NCBI GenBank assembly: GCA_028686135.1
Contig: JAQUCP010000012.1
Coordinates: 7,119-71,118 of the forward strand
Length of the DNA: 64,000 nt
From: Bacteroidales bacterium
GTDB lineage: Bacteria; Bacteroidota; Bacteroidia; Bacteroidales; UBA12481
Reading direction: 5' to 3'
Shown here piece by piece: positions 30,337 to 39,959 of this stretch (its first letter is position 1; each line of letters opens with the position of its first letter). Under the pieces are notes generated by a model that ran no database searches, had not been told where the DNA came from, and was given only the letters and a program-made list of their open reading frames with translations. A program made the position numbers and the translations under genes.

Positions 30337-31736
30337 AAGGATAGTAAATAACTCCGGATGTTGGCGGATAGTTCTCCAATTGAAGAGTCTGACTGTAGGC
30401 CAGTTATCATATTTCTTACGGTAGCTTTTCCTTCGGTGAGTTCTGATTCACCAATCATCACGACAATTGGGATATGATTTTGATCGGCATATTGGAATTG
30501 TTTTTTGAGCTTAGCAACATCGGGATAAACTTCAGCCCGGATGCCGCTATTCCTCAATTCCTCAGCTAACTGATAGGCTATAGGTGATTCTTTTTCGCCA
30601 AAATTTACAAACAGGACCTGGGTAGAGGTTTGGGTAAAGCCCGGGAATCCTTCGGTGTGTTCCAACACGTCATAGATTCGATCGGCTCCAAAGGAGACTC
30701 CCACTCCCGAAACTCCAGGCATACCGAAAATGCCGGTCAGGTCGTCGTAACGACCACCACCACAGATTGATCCGATGATGACATCATCCGATTTTACTTC
30801 GATGATAGCTCCGGTGTAATAATTGAGTCCACGGGCTAGCGTCAGGTCAACTTCTACTGTTGACTGGAGTGGGTAGTTTGCCAGCAGGACGAGAACCTGG
30901 TTTAACTCATCGAGGCCGGCTTTTCCGTTTTTTGTATGGCTTAGATTTGTCTGTAAAGTATTGATTATCTCTTGGTTGGATCCTTTAACGGTCAGTAGGG
31001 GCTGAAGTTCTGTTGCGGCCTTTTCGGTGATTCCCCGTGTGAGCCACTCTTTTTTAACCTCTTCAATGCCGATCTTATCCAGTTTGTCCAGGGCAACAGT
31101 CAGATCAGTCAGGCGCTCAGGTTGCCCGATAAGTTCGGCCATACCGGCTAATATTTTCCGGTTGTTGATTTTAATCGTCACCCTGATTCCTAGATCGGCA
31201 AAGATCCGGTCGATAATGCGGATAAGCTCCGTTTCGTTTTGCAAGGAATCACTGCCAATCACGTCCACATCACACTGATAAAACTCACGGTAGCGACCCT
31301 TCTGCGGTCGGTCGGCGCGCCAGACGGGTTGAATTTGGTACCGTTTAAAGGGGAAGGTGATTTCATCGCGATGCTGAACCACAAACCGTGCAAATGGAAC
31401 GGTCAGGTCGTATCGTAGGGCTTTTTCAGTGATCTCCGGGGTTATGCGACGGCTCAAATCGGGAGTAATCGCTTCGCTAAGCAAATTGGTCGGAATTTTG
31501 CTAACGAAATCACCGGAGTTTAATATCTTGAATATCAGCTTGTCGCCCTCGTCTCCATATTTTCCCAGTAAGGTATCCAGGGTTTCCATGGCAGGGGTTT
31601 CGATTGGCTGGTAGCCATATAGTTCAAAGACTTTCTGGATGGTGCTGAAGATGAAATTTCTTCGCATCATCTGGATAGGTCCGAAATCGCGTGTGCCTTT
31701 AGGCAATGATGGTTTTTGGCTCATGGTTGATCCCAA
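30333..31736 (-). CDS. hisS: histidine--tRNA ligase
   Basis: 467 aa; KGTRDF, WRADRPQKGRYREFYQCDVD, GGGRYD; C-terminal anticodon-binding domain; alternative start at 31724. Confidence 0.95.
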   Translation of the reverse strand: MGSTMSQKPSLPKGTRDFGPIQMMRRNFIFSTIQKVFELYGYQPIETPAMETLDTLLGKYGDEGDKLIFKILNSGDFVSKIPTNLLSEAITPDLSRRITPEITEKALRYDLTVPFARFVVQHRDEITFPFKRYQIQPVWRADRPQKGRYREFYQCDVDVIGSDSLQNETELIRIIDRIFADLGIRVTIKINNRKILAGMAELIGQPERLTDLTVALDKLDKIGIEEVKKEWLTRGITEKAATELQPLLTVKGSNQEIINTLQTNLSHTKNGKAGLDELNQVLVLLANYPLQSTVEVDLTLARGLNYYTGAIIEVKSDDVIIGSICGGGRYDDLTGIFGMPGVSGVGVSFGADRIYDVLEHTEGFPGFTQTSTQVLFVNFGEKESPIAYQLAEELRNSGIRAEVYPDVAKLKKQFQYADQNHIPIVVMIGESELTEGKATVRNMITGLQSDSSIGELSANIRSYLLSL

Positions 31737-31780
31737 TAGAGAGCAAAAATAGCATAAAATCGGGATACCTGGCCAGGCAG

Positions 31781-32359
31781 TTAGCGGGAGAAGTGGTGGA
31801 GATAATCGGAAAGGCGGGTTCCCATCCGGTCTTTTGGGTTTCGTTCGCCGTTGGTGTCGAAAAACATTTTGACATTCGCTGGTCCTGAAAGATGCGCAGC
31901 AGCGAGGATACCAGTCCGAGTGATTGGAATGGTATCAAAAAGGGTAAGTCCAATATACTGTTCGAAATAGTTTCTCATGTCAACCTCATTTAGTCGGAGG
32001 AGCTCATCCATAGCCTTTTCCTGATCCTTTTCGGGGAAGATATTCGGGTCTTTCATGAACTCTTCGGGATTGACATGATCGTAACCTGTTGCAGCTAAAG
32101 CGCTCTTCCCAAACTGATATTTGCCAATATAGCCGAACTGGTTAAACTCTTTCCAATTATTACTGGATTCAAGCCTAGCCAGCTTCTTCTTAAAATCATT
32201 GTAATGAGCAAGATAGGCTTCTTTATCCCGTTTCAGAACTTTAGCTCTGATCTCGTCGAGCAGGGCAAAAGAGTCGGGGGTGCCGGGCATATCCGGAGCT
32301 GGAAGCCTGACGGGCATGATCAGAAACAGGGTTAATATGTAGAACAATCTGATTTTCAC
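31781..32359 (-). CDS. secreted hypothetical protein, possibly lysozyme-like (SLT-type) fold
   Basis: 192 aa, GTG start; signal peptide; LESSNNW...GYIGKYQFG...ILAAAHLSG loosely recalls the ES / GLMQ / AYNxG motifs; weak. Confidence 0.35.
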   Translation of the reverse strand: MKIRLFYILTLFLIMPVRLPAPDMPGTPDSFALLDEIRAKVLKRDKEAYLAHYNDFKKKLARLESSNNWKEFNQFGYIGKYQFGKSALAATGYDHVNPEEFMKDPNIFPEKDQEKAMDELLRLNEVDMRNYFEQYIGLTLFDTIPITRTGILAAAHLSGPANVKMFFDTNGERNPKDRMGTRLSDYLHHFSR

Positions 32360-32499
32360 TATTAAATAAATATTCAGTACATCAAACGCTTTAAATCGAG
32401 AATTGTTTTGTGATGTACAATTTTGGGGTGCAAAGGTGCTAACATTCTGATGATTACGGAAATTTTGTCGGGATTTTTTGGTAATTGCGGTTTATGGGT

Positions 32500-33189
32500 T
32501 CACCGTACCGGGAAATAGACTGGATTTTTCTCGTTCAGTCGGCGGATAAAAAAGAACAGCAGCTCATTTTGTTTCCTCTTTTTCAGTGACATAAACTCAT
32601 CGTACAACTCAGGATCTTCGATCAGCATGGCTTGGACGGAGGATCGATCGAAAGACATCACCTTACCTGTTTCAAAGTCGATAATATACTGACGGAGCTC
32701 TTTGGATCTGGTTGTTCTGGGGTAGCCTGATCGATAGGAGTAAGGGTTGTAATACCCATAGTTGTAATAATCGTGGTAGTAAGGGTCGTGGTAGGTGTTG
32801 ACAATGGTAATATCAGCAATAAAATGGCAGACCCGGCCGATAACCGGGATTCGGTTGAATTCGCCATTATATTGAACATAGAGTTTACCATCCTGAGCGT
32901 AGCCCCAGATCTGGGAGGTCTGAACCTCCTGCTGTGCTCCAAAGGCATCGAAAAAGCCAATGGTTTTATTCTGGGTCAGGTCTTTATAAAAATTGTGATC
33001 GAAGGGATCGTTGTTCGAGACAATCCGGATAGCCGGGATGGGTGCATTGTTTTTTACCTGACTGAAATTCAGGTAGATTCCGTCGTTAAAGCGGAATTCC
33101 GGAGTATATTGAACTCGTCTTACAGAATCTTCCTGGGCGGAAGTTTCCACTGTGACAAAGAGAAGTAGCAGGATAGTTAGCCAGCGCAT
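32500..33189 (-). CDS. secreted hypothetical protein with a Tyr-rich low-complexity segment
   Basis: 229 aa from ATG 33189 (MRWLTILLLLFVTVETSAQ signal peptide); YHDPYYHDYYNYGYYNPYSYRSGY; no domain recognised. Confidence 0.4.
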   Translation of the reverse strand: MRWLTILLLLFVTVETSAQEDSVRRVQYTPEFRFNDGIYLNFSQVKNNAPIPAIRIVSNNDPFDHNFYKDLTQNKTIGFFDAFGAQQEVQTSQIWGYAQDGKLYVQYNGEFNRIPVIGRVCHFIADITIVNTYHDPYYHDYYNYGYYNPYSYRSGYPRTTRSKELRQYIIDFETGKVMSFDRSSVQAMLIEDPELYDEFMSLKKRKQNELLFFFIRRLNEKNPVYFPVR

Positions 33190-33235
33190 TGTTTCAAATA
33201 TAGTTTTTTTACTTTTATCAGGTAAACCTGTCATC

Positions 33236-34654
33236 ATGTTAACGTACAAAATTTATGCCGCCGGAAGATTGCTGGAAACCGGAGAACGCCTAACCATTTC
33301 CAGGCCGTATGATGGACAGGTATTTGCTGAAGTATCGTTAGGCACTGCTGATATTCTTGAGCAAGCCATTGAATATGCGGTGGCTGTCAGTAAGGAGTTT
33401 GGTTCTCTGCCAGGGTTTCGCCGGAGTGCGATGTTGCAGGAGATTGTTAATGGGATGATGTTGGATCGAGAGCTGTTGGCGGATCTAATCTGCCAGGAGG
33501 CAGGCAAGCCGATTCGATATGCTATCGCTGAGGTAGATCGTGCGATTCAGACATTCCGGGTGGCTTCGGAGGAGGCCAGGCGAATACCGGGGGAATATCT
33601 GTCTCTTGATTGGACTCCCGGTGGAGATGGCAAAGAGGGGTGGCTTCGCTATTTCCCGATAGGAGTGGTGGGAGCTATCTCGCCATTCAATTTCCCACTT
33701 AACTTGGCTGCTCACAAAATTGCCCCGGCGCTGGCTGCCGGCTGCCCAATCATTCTTAAACCGGCTTCACAAACTCCTGTGGCCATCCTGCATTTGGCTG
33801 AAATTATTAGCCAGGTTGGCTTGCCGGATGGCGCTTTGTCCATCATGCCGATGAAGCGGCAGACGGGCAATCTTCTTGTTACCGACTCTAGAATCAAGCT
33901 ATTGACATTTACCGGATCCCCTGAGGTGGGATGGAAGATGAAGAATGATGCGGGGCAAAAACGTGTGGTTCTGGAGCTTGGTGGCAATGCCGGAGTTCTG
34001 ATGGCTGATGCTGACCAAATGGAAATGGCTGTGGCAAAATGCACGACTGGTGCGTTTGCCTATTCAGGTCAGGTTTGCATCCATGTTCAGCGAATTTTTG
34101 TGCTGAAGCAGCTTTTCGAGGAGTTCGTTAAACAGTTCTTGGAAAGAACTCAGCGGTTGGTTGCCGGAGATCCCCAGGATCCGGCAACGGACATATCTGT
34201 CATGATCGATGAAAATAACGCCGTAAGGGTTGAAAACTGGATCAGAGAGGCCGTTGCTGACGGAGCAAAGATCCTCGCTGGGGGTAAACGGAAGGGGCTG
34301 TTTGTCGAGCCTACCGTCATCACCGGAACCAATCCGGAAATGAAAGTATTTTCGCAGGAGGTATTCGGTCCCATTGTGGTGGTCGAACCAGTGACCAGTT
34401 TCCAGGAAGGAATCGACCTGATTAACCATTCGCGATTTGGTTTGCAGGCTGGTGTGTTTACGAATAATCTCGAGGAGATGAATTTAGCTTTTGAGGAGCT
34501 GGAAGTGGGAGGGGTTGTCATCAATGATGTACCCTCTTTCAGAGTTGATCATATGCCTTATGGAGGAGTCAAGGATTCAGGCTTTGGCCGGGAAGGAGTT
34601 CGGTATGCTATGATGGATATGCTGGAACCCCGTTTGTTGATAAAGAATCGATAA
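33236..34654 (+). CDS. NAD(P)-dependent aldehyde dehydrogenase family protein
   Basis: 472 aa from ATG 33236; ELGGNAG, catalytic Cys in YSGQVCIHVQR, PYGGVKDSGFGREG. Confidence 0.85.
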   Translation: MLTYKIYAAGRLLETGERLTISRPYDGQVFAEVSLGTADILEQAIEYAVAVSKEFGSLPGFRRSAMLQEIVNGMMLDRELLADLICQEAGKPIRYAIAEVDRAIQTFRVASEEARRIPGEYLSLDWTPGGDGKEGWLRYFPIGVVGAISPFNFPLNLAAHKIAPALAAGCPIILKPASQTPVAILHLAEIISQVGLPDGALSIMPMKRQTGNLLVTDSRIKLLTFTGSPEVGWKMKNDAGQKRVVLELGGNAGVLMADADQMEMAVAKCTTGAFAYSGQVCIHVQRIFVLKQLFEEFVKQFLERTQRLVAGDPQDPATDISVMIDENNAVRVENWIREAVADGAKILAGGKRKGLFVEPTVITGTNPEMKVFSQEVFGPIVVVEPVTSFQEGIDLINHSRFGLQAGVFTNNLEEMNLAFEELEVGGVVINDVPSFRVDHMPYGGVKDSGFGREGVRYAMMDMLEPRLLIKNR

Positions 34655-34680
34655 TCATTTAAACTATAATATCTTACATT

Positions 34681-37533
34681 ATGATGATCAGATTGAAACG
34701 AGCACTGTTCACCCTGTTGTGTATTGGCGTGTCGATAGCCTTTGCTATGGGCCAAACCGAAAAGAAACCTATTGATTTTACCCATTATGACTCCTGGAAA
34801 ACCCTTTCGGGGCAACAGATTTCCAATGATGGGAGCCTGGTATCCTGGATCGTAAGACCCCATGTCGGGGATGGAGATCTTTACCTGGGGGGCTGGGAAC
34901 AGTCGCAGCCGGTATCCGTTTTTAATCGGGGATCCCAGGCGCAGTTTTCACCCCAGTCGAACTGGCTGGCTTTCAGGGTTTCTCCTCAAGCTGATACCGT
35001 CCGACAGGCCAAAATAAAAAAGGTTAAGAAGGAGAAGATGCCTAAGGATTCGCTTGGAATCTTTGTGGTTAGCAGTCAAGAAACAATTTATTACCCACTG
35101 CTTAAATCCTTTAAAGTCGCTGACCAATCCTCACGCTGGATTGCTTTCCAGATGGAGGAAAAGAGTGCTGACGTGAAAGGAGCCAAAAGAGATACTACCC
35201 AGGGATCCAAAAAGGATGAGGAATCCAAGTCAAAGAAGAAATCAGAATATAACGGGCTTCCCCTGATTGTGCTAGATCCGCTCACCGGTGATTCCTTGAA
35301 TTTCCCAACTGTGACGGAATATTTCTTTTCAAAAGATGGTAAGTGGTTGTGTATGATAGGAATAGAAGAGGATAGCGTGACACAGTCAACCATCACGGTG
35401 TTCGATACTGAAAAGGGTAAGGAGCAGATGGCTTGGATTGAACCAGGTGTTGCCAAGGGATTAGTGTGTGACGAAAAGGGTAGCCAGTTGGCATTTCTGT
35501 TTACCACGGATACTACAAAGACTAAAAACTACCGTCTTTATCACTGGCCGGTCAAAGAGAAGGCTCCGTTATTAGTTGCGGATTCCACCACCAAGGGGAT
35601 GCCGGATGGTTGGAGTGTGAGCGAAAACAGCCGGCTACGGTTCTCTCCCAACGGAGAAAGGCTGTTCTTCGGGACTGCTGTTCGACCGATTATCGAAGAG
35701 GAAAAGAAAGACTCTCTGCTGGCGGATGATAAGGTGTCGGTTGATATCTGGCACTGGCAGGAGGATGTGTTAATGAGCATGCAGCTGAAGCGGGTCAATC
35801 AGGAAAGCCGGAAAAATTATCAGGCTGTTTATCATATCAAGAAGAAGCAGATGGTTCAACTTGAGCATCCGGATAATTTGGCATCGGTTCGGTTGTTTAA
35901 GGATGGTGATCTTGATTTAGCTCTTGGAACGGACGATCAATCTTACCGGATAACAAATGCGGTAAGCTTTACCAATTGGAGTGATTATTATCTGGTGGAT
36001 ATTACCACGGGTAGTAAGGAGTTACTATTTCAGAAGGCTGCTTTCAGGCCAGGGGCTTCTCAGGAGGGTAACTATCTATATTGGTGGGAACCAGCTGATT
36101 CCTGCTACTATTGCTATAATATTAAAGAGAGAGCTACGGTGAACCTAACGGAAGGGATGAACGGGATCTTTGCTAATGAGACTCATGATTCCCCAACTGA
36201 AACACGGAGTTACGGAGTAATGGGATGGGCTCCGAAGGACAAATGGCTTTATCTGTATGATCGCTATGATATTTGGCGTTTTGATCCAGAGGACCAGGAG
36301 GAGCCGGTTTGTATTACGGGAGGAAAGGGTAGAGAAAGCGAGCGATCTTATCGCTATGTCACCCTCGATCGTGAAGAGAAAACCATTGATGCTGAAAAGA
36401 TTAACCTGTTTTCGGTGACAGGTGTCCGAGATAAGAATTCGGGCTTTTGCCGTTTTACTCTCAAAAATCCAGATCTGAATCCGGTGGTTTTGCAGGATGT
36501 CCGCTTCAGTAATCCAACCAAGGCCAAGGATTCAGACCGGATAATCTGGACCAGAAGCACGGTTTCGGAGTATCCGAATGTCTGGTGTAGTGATCTAAAC
36601 TTTAATGGTGCACGTCAATTGTCTGATGCGAATCCCCAGCAGGAGGATTATTTGTGGGCATCGGTTGAATTGCTTGAGTGGATCGATCTTGACGGTGTGA
36701 AGTGCCAAGGTCTGCTTTACAAGCCAGAGAATTTTGACCCGAATAAGAAGTATCCGATGATTGTTTATTTCTATGAACGGCATTCGGATGGGATGCACAC
36801 GCATTATGTGCCTCGTGCTAGCGCCAGTGTTGTCAATCCGCTGGAATATGCATCGAATGGATATTTGATTTTCATGCCCGATATCCGTTTCTTCGTTGGT
36901 TTCCCCGGGAAATCTTTCTATAATGCTATCATGAGTGGCTTGATGGATTTGAACACAAGAGGGTTCGTTGATATGGATCGTCTTGGGATTCAGGGGCAGA
37001 GCTGGGGTGGATATGGAACCGCTTACATGATTACTCAGACGGATATTTTCAAGGCTGCTTCGCCGGGAGCACCCGTCAGCAATATGACTTCAGCCTATGG
37101 TGGAATCCGGACGGAGAGTGGGATGGTTCGACAGTCACAGTATGAGAAGACTCAGAGTCGTATTGGCGGATCGCTATGGGAGAAACCGGAGTTGTACGTC
37201 GAGAACAGTCCTCTCTTCTTTGCCGACCGGATCAACACGCCTTGTCTGATCAGACATGATGATGCGGATGGTGCTGTTCCATTCAGCGAAGGAGTTCAGC
37301 TTTTTGTTGCCCTTCGTCGTCTTGGCAAGCCTTCGTGGTTGATCAATTATAACAACGCTCCGCACAACCTTTCTCGCCAGGCAGATAAGAAAGATTGGAG
37401 TGTCAGAATGATGCAGTTTTTCAATCATTACCTCAAGGATGAGCCAGCTCCTGATTGGATGACCAAGGGTGTTAAGGCCATCGACAAGAAGGATAATGAT
37501 TTCTATTACAGATCGTTCACAGAAAAAGAATAG
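34681..37533 (+). CDS. S9 family (prolyl oligopeptidase-type) serine peptidase with a long beta-propeller N-region
   Basis: 950 aa; signal peptide; C-terminal hydrolase with GQSWGGY nucleophile elbow, DDADGAVP and APHNL. Confidence 0.8.
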   Translation: MMIRLKRALFTLLCIGVSIAFAMGQTEKKPIDFTHYDSWKTLSGQQISNDGSLVSWIVRPHVGDGDLYLGGWEQSQPVSVFNRGSQAQFSPQSNWLAFRVSPQADTVRQAKIKKVKKEKMPKDSLGIFVVSSQETIYYPLLKSFKVADQSSRWIAFQMEEKSADVKGAKRDTTQGSKKDEESKSKKKSEYNGLPLIVLDPLTGDSLNFPTVTEYFFSKDGKWLCMIGIEEDSVTQSTITVFDTEKGKEQMAWIEPGVAKGLVCDEKGSQLAFLFTTDTTKTKNYRLYHWPVKEKAPLLVADSTTKGMPDGWSVSENSRLRFSPNGERLFFGTAVRPIIEEEKKDSLLADDKVSVDIWHWQEDVLMSMQLKRVNQESRKNYQAVYHIKKKQMVQLEHPDNLASVRLFKDGDLDLALGTDDQSYRITNAVSFTNWSDYYLVDITTGSKELLFQKAAFRPGASQEGNYLYWWEPADSCYYCYNIKERATVNLTEGMNGIFANETHDSPTETRSYGVMGWAPKDKWLYLYDRYDIWRFDPEDQEEPVCITGGKGRESERSYRYVTLDREEKTIDAEKINLFSVTGVRDKNSGFCRFTLKNPDLNPVVLQDVRFSNPTKAKDSDRIIWTRSTVSEYPNVWCSDLNFNGARQLSDANPQQEDYLWASVELLEWIDLDGVKCQGLLYKPENFDPNKKYPMIVYFYERHSDGMHTHYVPRASASVVNPLEYASNGYLIFMPDIRFFVGFPGKSFYNAIMSGLMDLNTRGFVDMDRLGIQGQSWGGYGTAYMITQTDIFKAASPGAPVSNMTSAYGGIRTESGMVRQSQYEKTQSRIGGSLWEKPELYVENSPLFFADRINTPCLIRHDDADGAVPFSEGVQLFVALRRLGKPSWLINYNNAPHNLSRQADKKDWSVRMMQFFNHYLKDEPAPDWMTKGVKAIDKKDNDFYYRSFTEKE

Positions 37534-37590
37534 TCTGATAGGTAAATAAATCAGTTTGGCGGAGAACTAAACCGACCAAGCGGAACCCCG

Positions 37591-38328
37591 ATGTGCGTTT
37601 TTCTTTCAATGAGGGCTGATCAGTCGCACTTGCAAAAGCGTTTCGGATCGGTAGAGATCGACTTGAATTTTTTTAAGCCGGCCTATCTTCAAAGTGCTTT
37701 TGAATTTCCGCGGTGGCCGGTTATTACGGGTGAGCAGCCCAAACGCTTTAGTTTCCTCACCTGGGGTCTCATTCCACCCTGGGTGAGGAGTGCTGAAGAG
37801 GCACGTAAGTTTCGGGCTAACACAGTGAATGCAAGAGCTGAAACTCTGTTTGACAAGCCAGCTTTTCGCAGTGCGGCAGCCAATCGTCATTGTCTGGTTG
37901 TGGTAGATGGTTTTTTCGAGTTTCGAGAGCTGGATGGTCGCAAGTTTCCCTATTTTATCCGGATGCGTGAAGGCCAGCCATTCACCATGGCCGGCCTTCA
38001 TGATACCTGGGTTGATCCGGCGACGGGTGAGGTCATCCCGACTTTCACCATCGTAACTACTCGGGCAAATGGTGTGATGGCCAAGATTCATAATCGAAAA
38101 AAGCGGATGCCTGTGATTCTTCCTAAGGAACAGGAAATGGAATGGCTGACGGCAGGATCCGGAGGAGCAGAATTGTTGGCTCCTTGTCCGGATGATTGGT
38201 TGCAGGCCTGGCCAGTATCGGGTTTGATAACCTCAAGAACGGCTGAGCGCAATGTGCCGTCAGTTCAGGAACCGTATAGTTATCAAGAGCTAACAAACGA
38301 AAAGCCCCTTCAAGGTTCCCTATTCTGA
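37591..38328 (+). CDS. SOS response-associated peptidase (SRAP/YedK, DUF159)
   Basis: 245 aa; Met-Cys2 N-terminus, NARAETLFDKPAFR, CLVVVDGFFEF, KKRMPVIL. Confidence 0.85.
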   Translation: MCVFLSMRADQSHLQKRFGSVEIDLNFFKPAYLQSAFEFPRWPVITGEQPKRFSFLTWGLIPPWVRSAEEARKFRANTVNARAETLFDKPAFRSAAANRHCLVVVDGFFEFRELDGRKFPYFIRMREGQPFTMAGLHDTWVDPATGEVIPTFTIVTTRANGVMAKIHNRKKRMPVILPKEQEMEWLTAGSGGAELLAPCPDDWLQAWPVSGLITSRTAERNVPSVQEPYSYQELTNEKPLQGSLF

Positions 38329-38331
38329 TTT

Positions 38332-38877
38332 TTAAATCTCAATACGGCCCTCTTCGAAGTCTCGGTACTTGGAAGAGAATAGTGCGATCATTTTTCTGAT
38401 GCTGCTGATGGCCTCAGCGGTATCGTCCGAGATGTCGCGTTTTCTCATTTTCATCAGCAGGGATCCGTAAAGAACAGTCAGACAAACTTCAATGTCCGGG
38501 ATTTTTTCTTTTAATCCCATCCGGTTACGGAAGTCTCCGATATTATAGATAGCTTCCTGATAGGCATTCTGGTAATCCGAATGAAATGAGCTGTCTATCA
38601 GTCTGAAATGAAAGTCGTTCAGGTCGGCAACCAGGCTAACCAAGAATTGTAAATGTCCGGATTTCGTAATTTTTTCGCGAATCATGGAATCTACAATGTC
38701 AGCATACCATTCGGAGATTTCCTTTTTGATAGCTGGGTCCACTGCAAATTGTTCCACCAGTTCTTTTTGGATTCTTTCACGGTTGAATTCAAAGGCACGC
38801 ATGAGGTCCTCAATCTGCCACATATACAGGATGTATTCGGCAATGTTTTCTTCGCGTTTCTTTCTGGAAATGATCAT
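38332..38877 (-). CDS. conserved hypothetical all-helical protein
   Basis: 181 aa; no motif recognised; I recall a Bacteroidota DUF4924-type family next to hslR (unverified). Confidence 0.5.
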   Translation of the reverse strand: MIISRKKREENIAEYILYMWQIEDLMRAFEFNRERIQKELVEQFAVDPAIKKEISEWYADIVDSMIREKITKSGHLQFLVSLVADLNDFHFRLIDSSFHSDYQNAYQEAIYNIGDFRNRMGLKEKIPDIEVCLTVLYGSLLMKMRKRDISDDTAEAISSIRKMIALFSSKYRDFEEGRIEI

Positions 38878-38886
38878 TTTATCAGT

Positions 38887-39261
38887 TTATGAGGTCAGCT
38901 TATCCAGATCTCGTCGCTCTTTTTTCGTTGGTCGGCCGGCTCCCCGGTCGCGAAGAAAGAAGGCGTTTTCGTGGATTTTTTTCACCCGTTCTAACTCTTC
39001 AGGTGGGGTAAGGTTGGTGACATTATGTGAGGCTTCGGGTGCTGAAACCCGTTTTTCGATCAGTCCATCAACCCGATAGGTGAGAGTCAGGGGAGGTTTT
39101 TTAACGGTAATGATATCGCCCAGTCTGACAGTACGGCTTGGTTTAGCTGGTTCTCCACCAACGAGCACTCTTGACATTCGGCAGTTTTCGGTGGCCAGGT
39201 TCCGGGTTTTAAAGATTCTGACCGCCCACAACCATTTATCTATCCTGATACCTTCAGTCAC
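38887..39261 (-). CDS. hslR: S4-domain RNA-binding heat shock protein 15
   Basis: 124 aa; IRIDKWLWAVRIFKTRNLA S4 motif. Confidence 0.8.
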   Translation of the reverse strand: MTEGIRIDKWLWAVRIFKTRNLATENCRMSRVLVGGEPAKPSRTVRLGDIITVKKPPLTLTYRVDGLIEKRVSAPEASHNVTNLTPPEELERVKKIHENAFFLRDRGAGRPTKKERRDLDKLTS

Positions 39262-39959
39262 AATTCGTTAACCTCCAATTTAAAACCGGTTCCATGAATA
39301 TTAACAATATTTACTGTTGGTTCTGATTTAAGGTAATTTCGGAGTTTGGCAATATAGACATCCATGCTTCTGCCCATAAAGTAATCGTCTGAACCCCAGA
39401 TTTGTAAAAGAATCTGTTCTCGCCGAACAAGGTTATTGACGTTTTGGCAGAGCATTTTCAATAGCAATGCTTCTTTCTTGGTTAATCGTCTTTCTTCTCC
39501 GTGAATTTGGAGTACTTGGTTGGCAAAATCAAAAATGATTTGGCCAATTGTAAAGACGTTGTTATGTGTGTTTTCTTGCTGCTTGCCGATTCTGCGGAGG
39601 ATATTTTCTATTCTGAGTTTGAGTTCTTCTGTGCTAAAGGGTTTAGTGATATAATCATCTGCGCCTAGTTTTAGTCCTTTGATTCGATCTGACTGTAGAG
39701 CTTTAGCGGTCACGAAAATAAAAGGTGTCTGAGGGTTGATCAGGTGGATCTCTTCAGCCAGTGAGAATCCATCTTTTACCGGAAGCATGACATCCAGGAT
39801 ACAGAGGTCGAACTGGCGGCTTTTAAAAGCTGTCAGGCCAGATTCTCCATTTTTTTGAAGATCAATCCGATAGCCCTCCATTTCAAGGAAGTCCTGGAGC
39901 ATATATCCGAGGTTTTGGTCATCCTCGACCAGTAGAATGTCAGCTTTTACCTCTTTCAT
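39258..39959 (-). CDS. OmpR/PhoB-type response regulator
   Basis: 233 aa; DILLVEDD, DLCILDVMLP, FVTAK, DDYITKPF; winged-helix C-domain. Confidence 0.9.
   Translation of the reverse strand: MKEVKADILLVEDDQNLGYMLQDFLEMEGYRIDLQKNGESGLTAFKSRQFDLCILDVMLPVKDGFSLAEEIHLINPQTPFIFVTAKALQSDRIKGLKLGADDYITKPFSTEELKLRIENILRRIGKQQENTHNNVFTIGQIIFDFANQVLQIHGEERRLTKKEALLLKMLCQNVNNLVRREQILLQIWGSDDYFMGRSMDVYIAKLRNYLKSEPTVNIVNIHGTGFKLEVNEL

Noticed and set aside
32376-32422. 8-bp inverted repeat GTACATCA..TGATGTAC with a ~27-nt spacer in the 140-nt gap upstream of the lysozyme-like gene
   Set aside because: It is short, has a large loop and lacks a flanking T-run or recognisable operator symmetry. It could be chance.
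37606-38091. 161-aa minus-strand ORF inside the SRAP gene
   Set aside because: It is antisense to a CDS with clear SRAP motifs and has no independent support.
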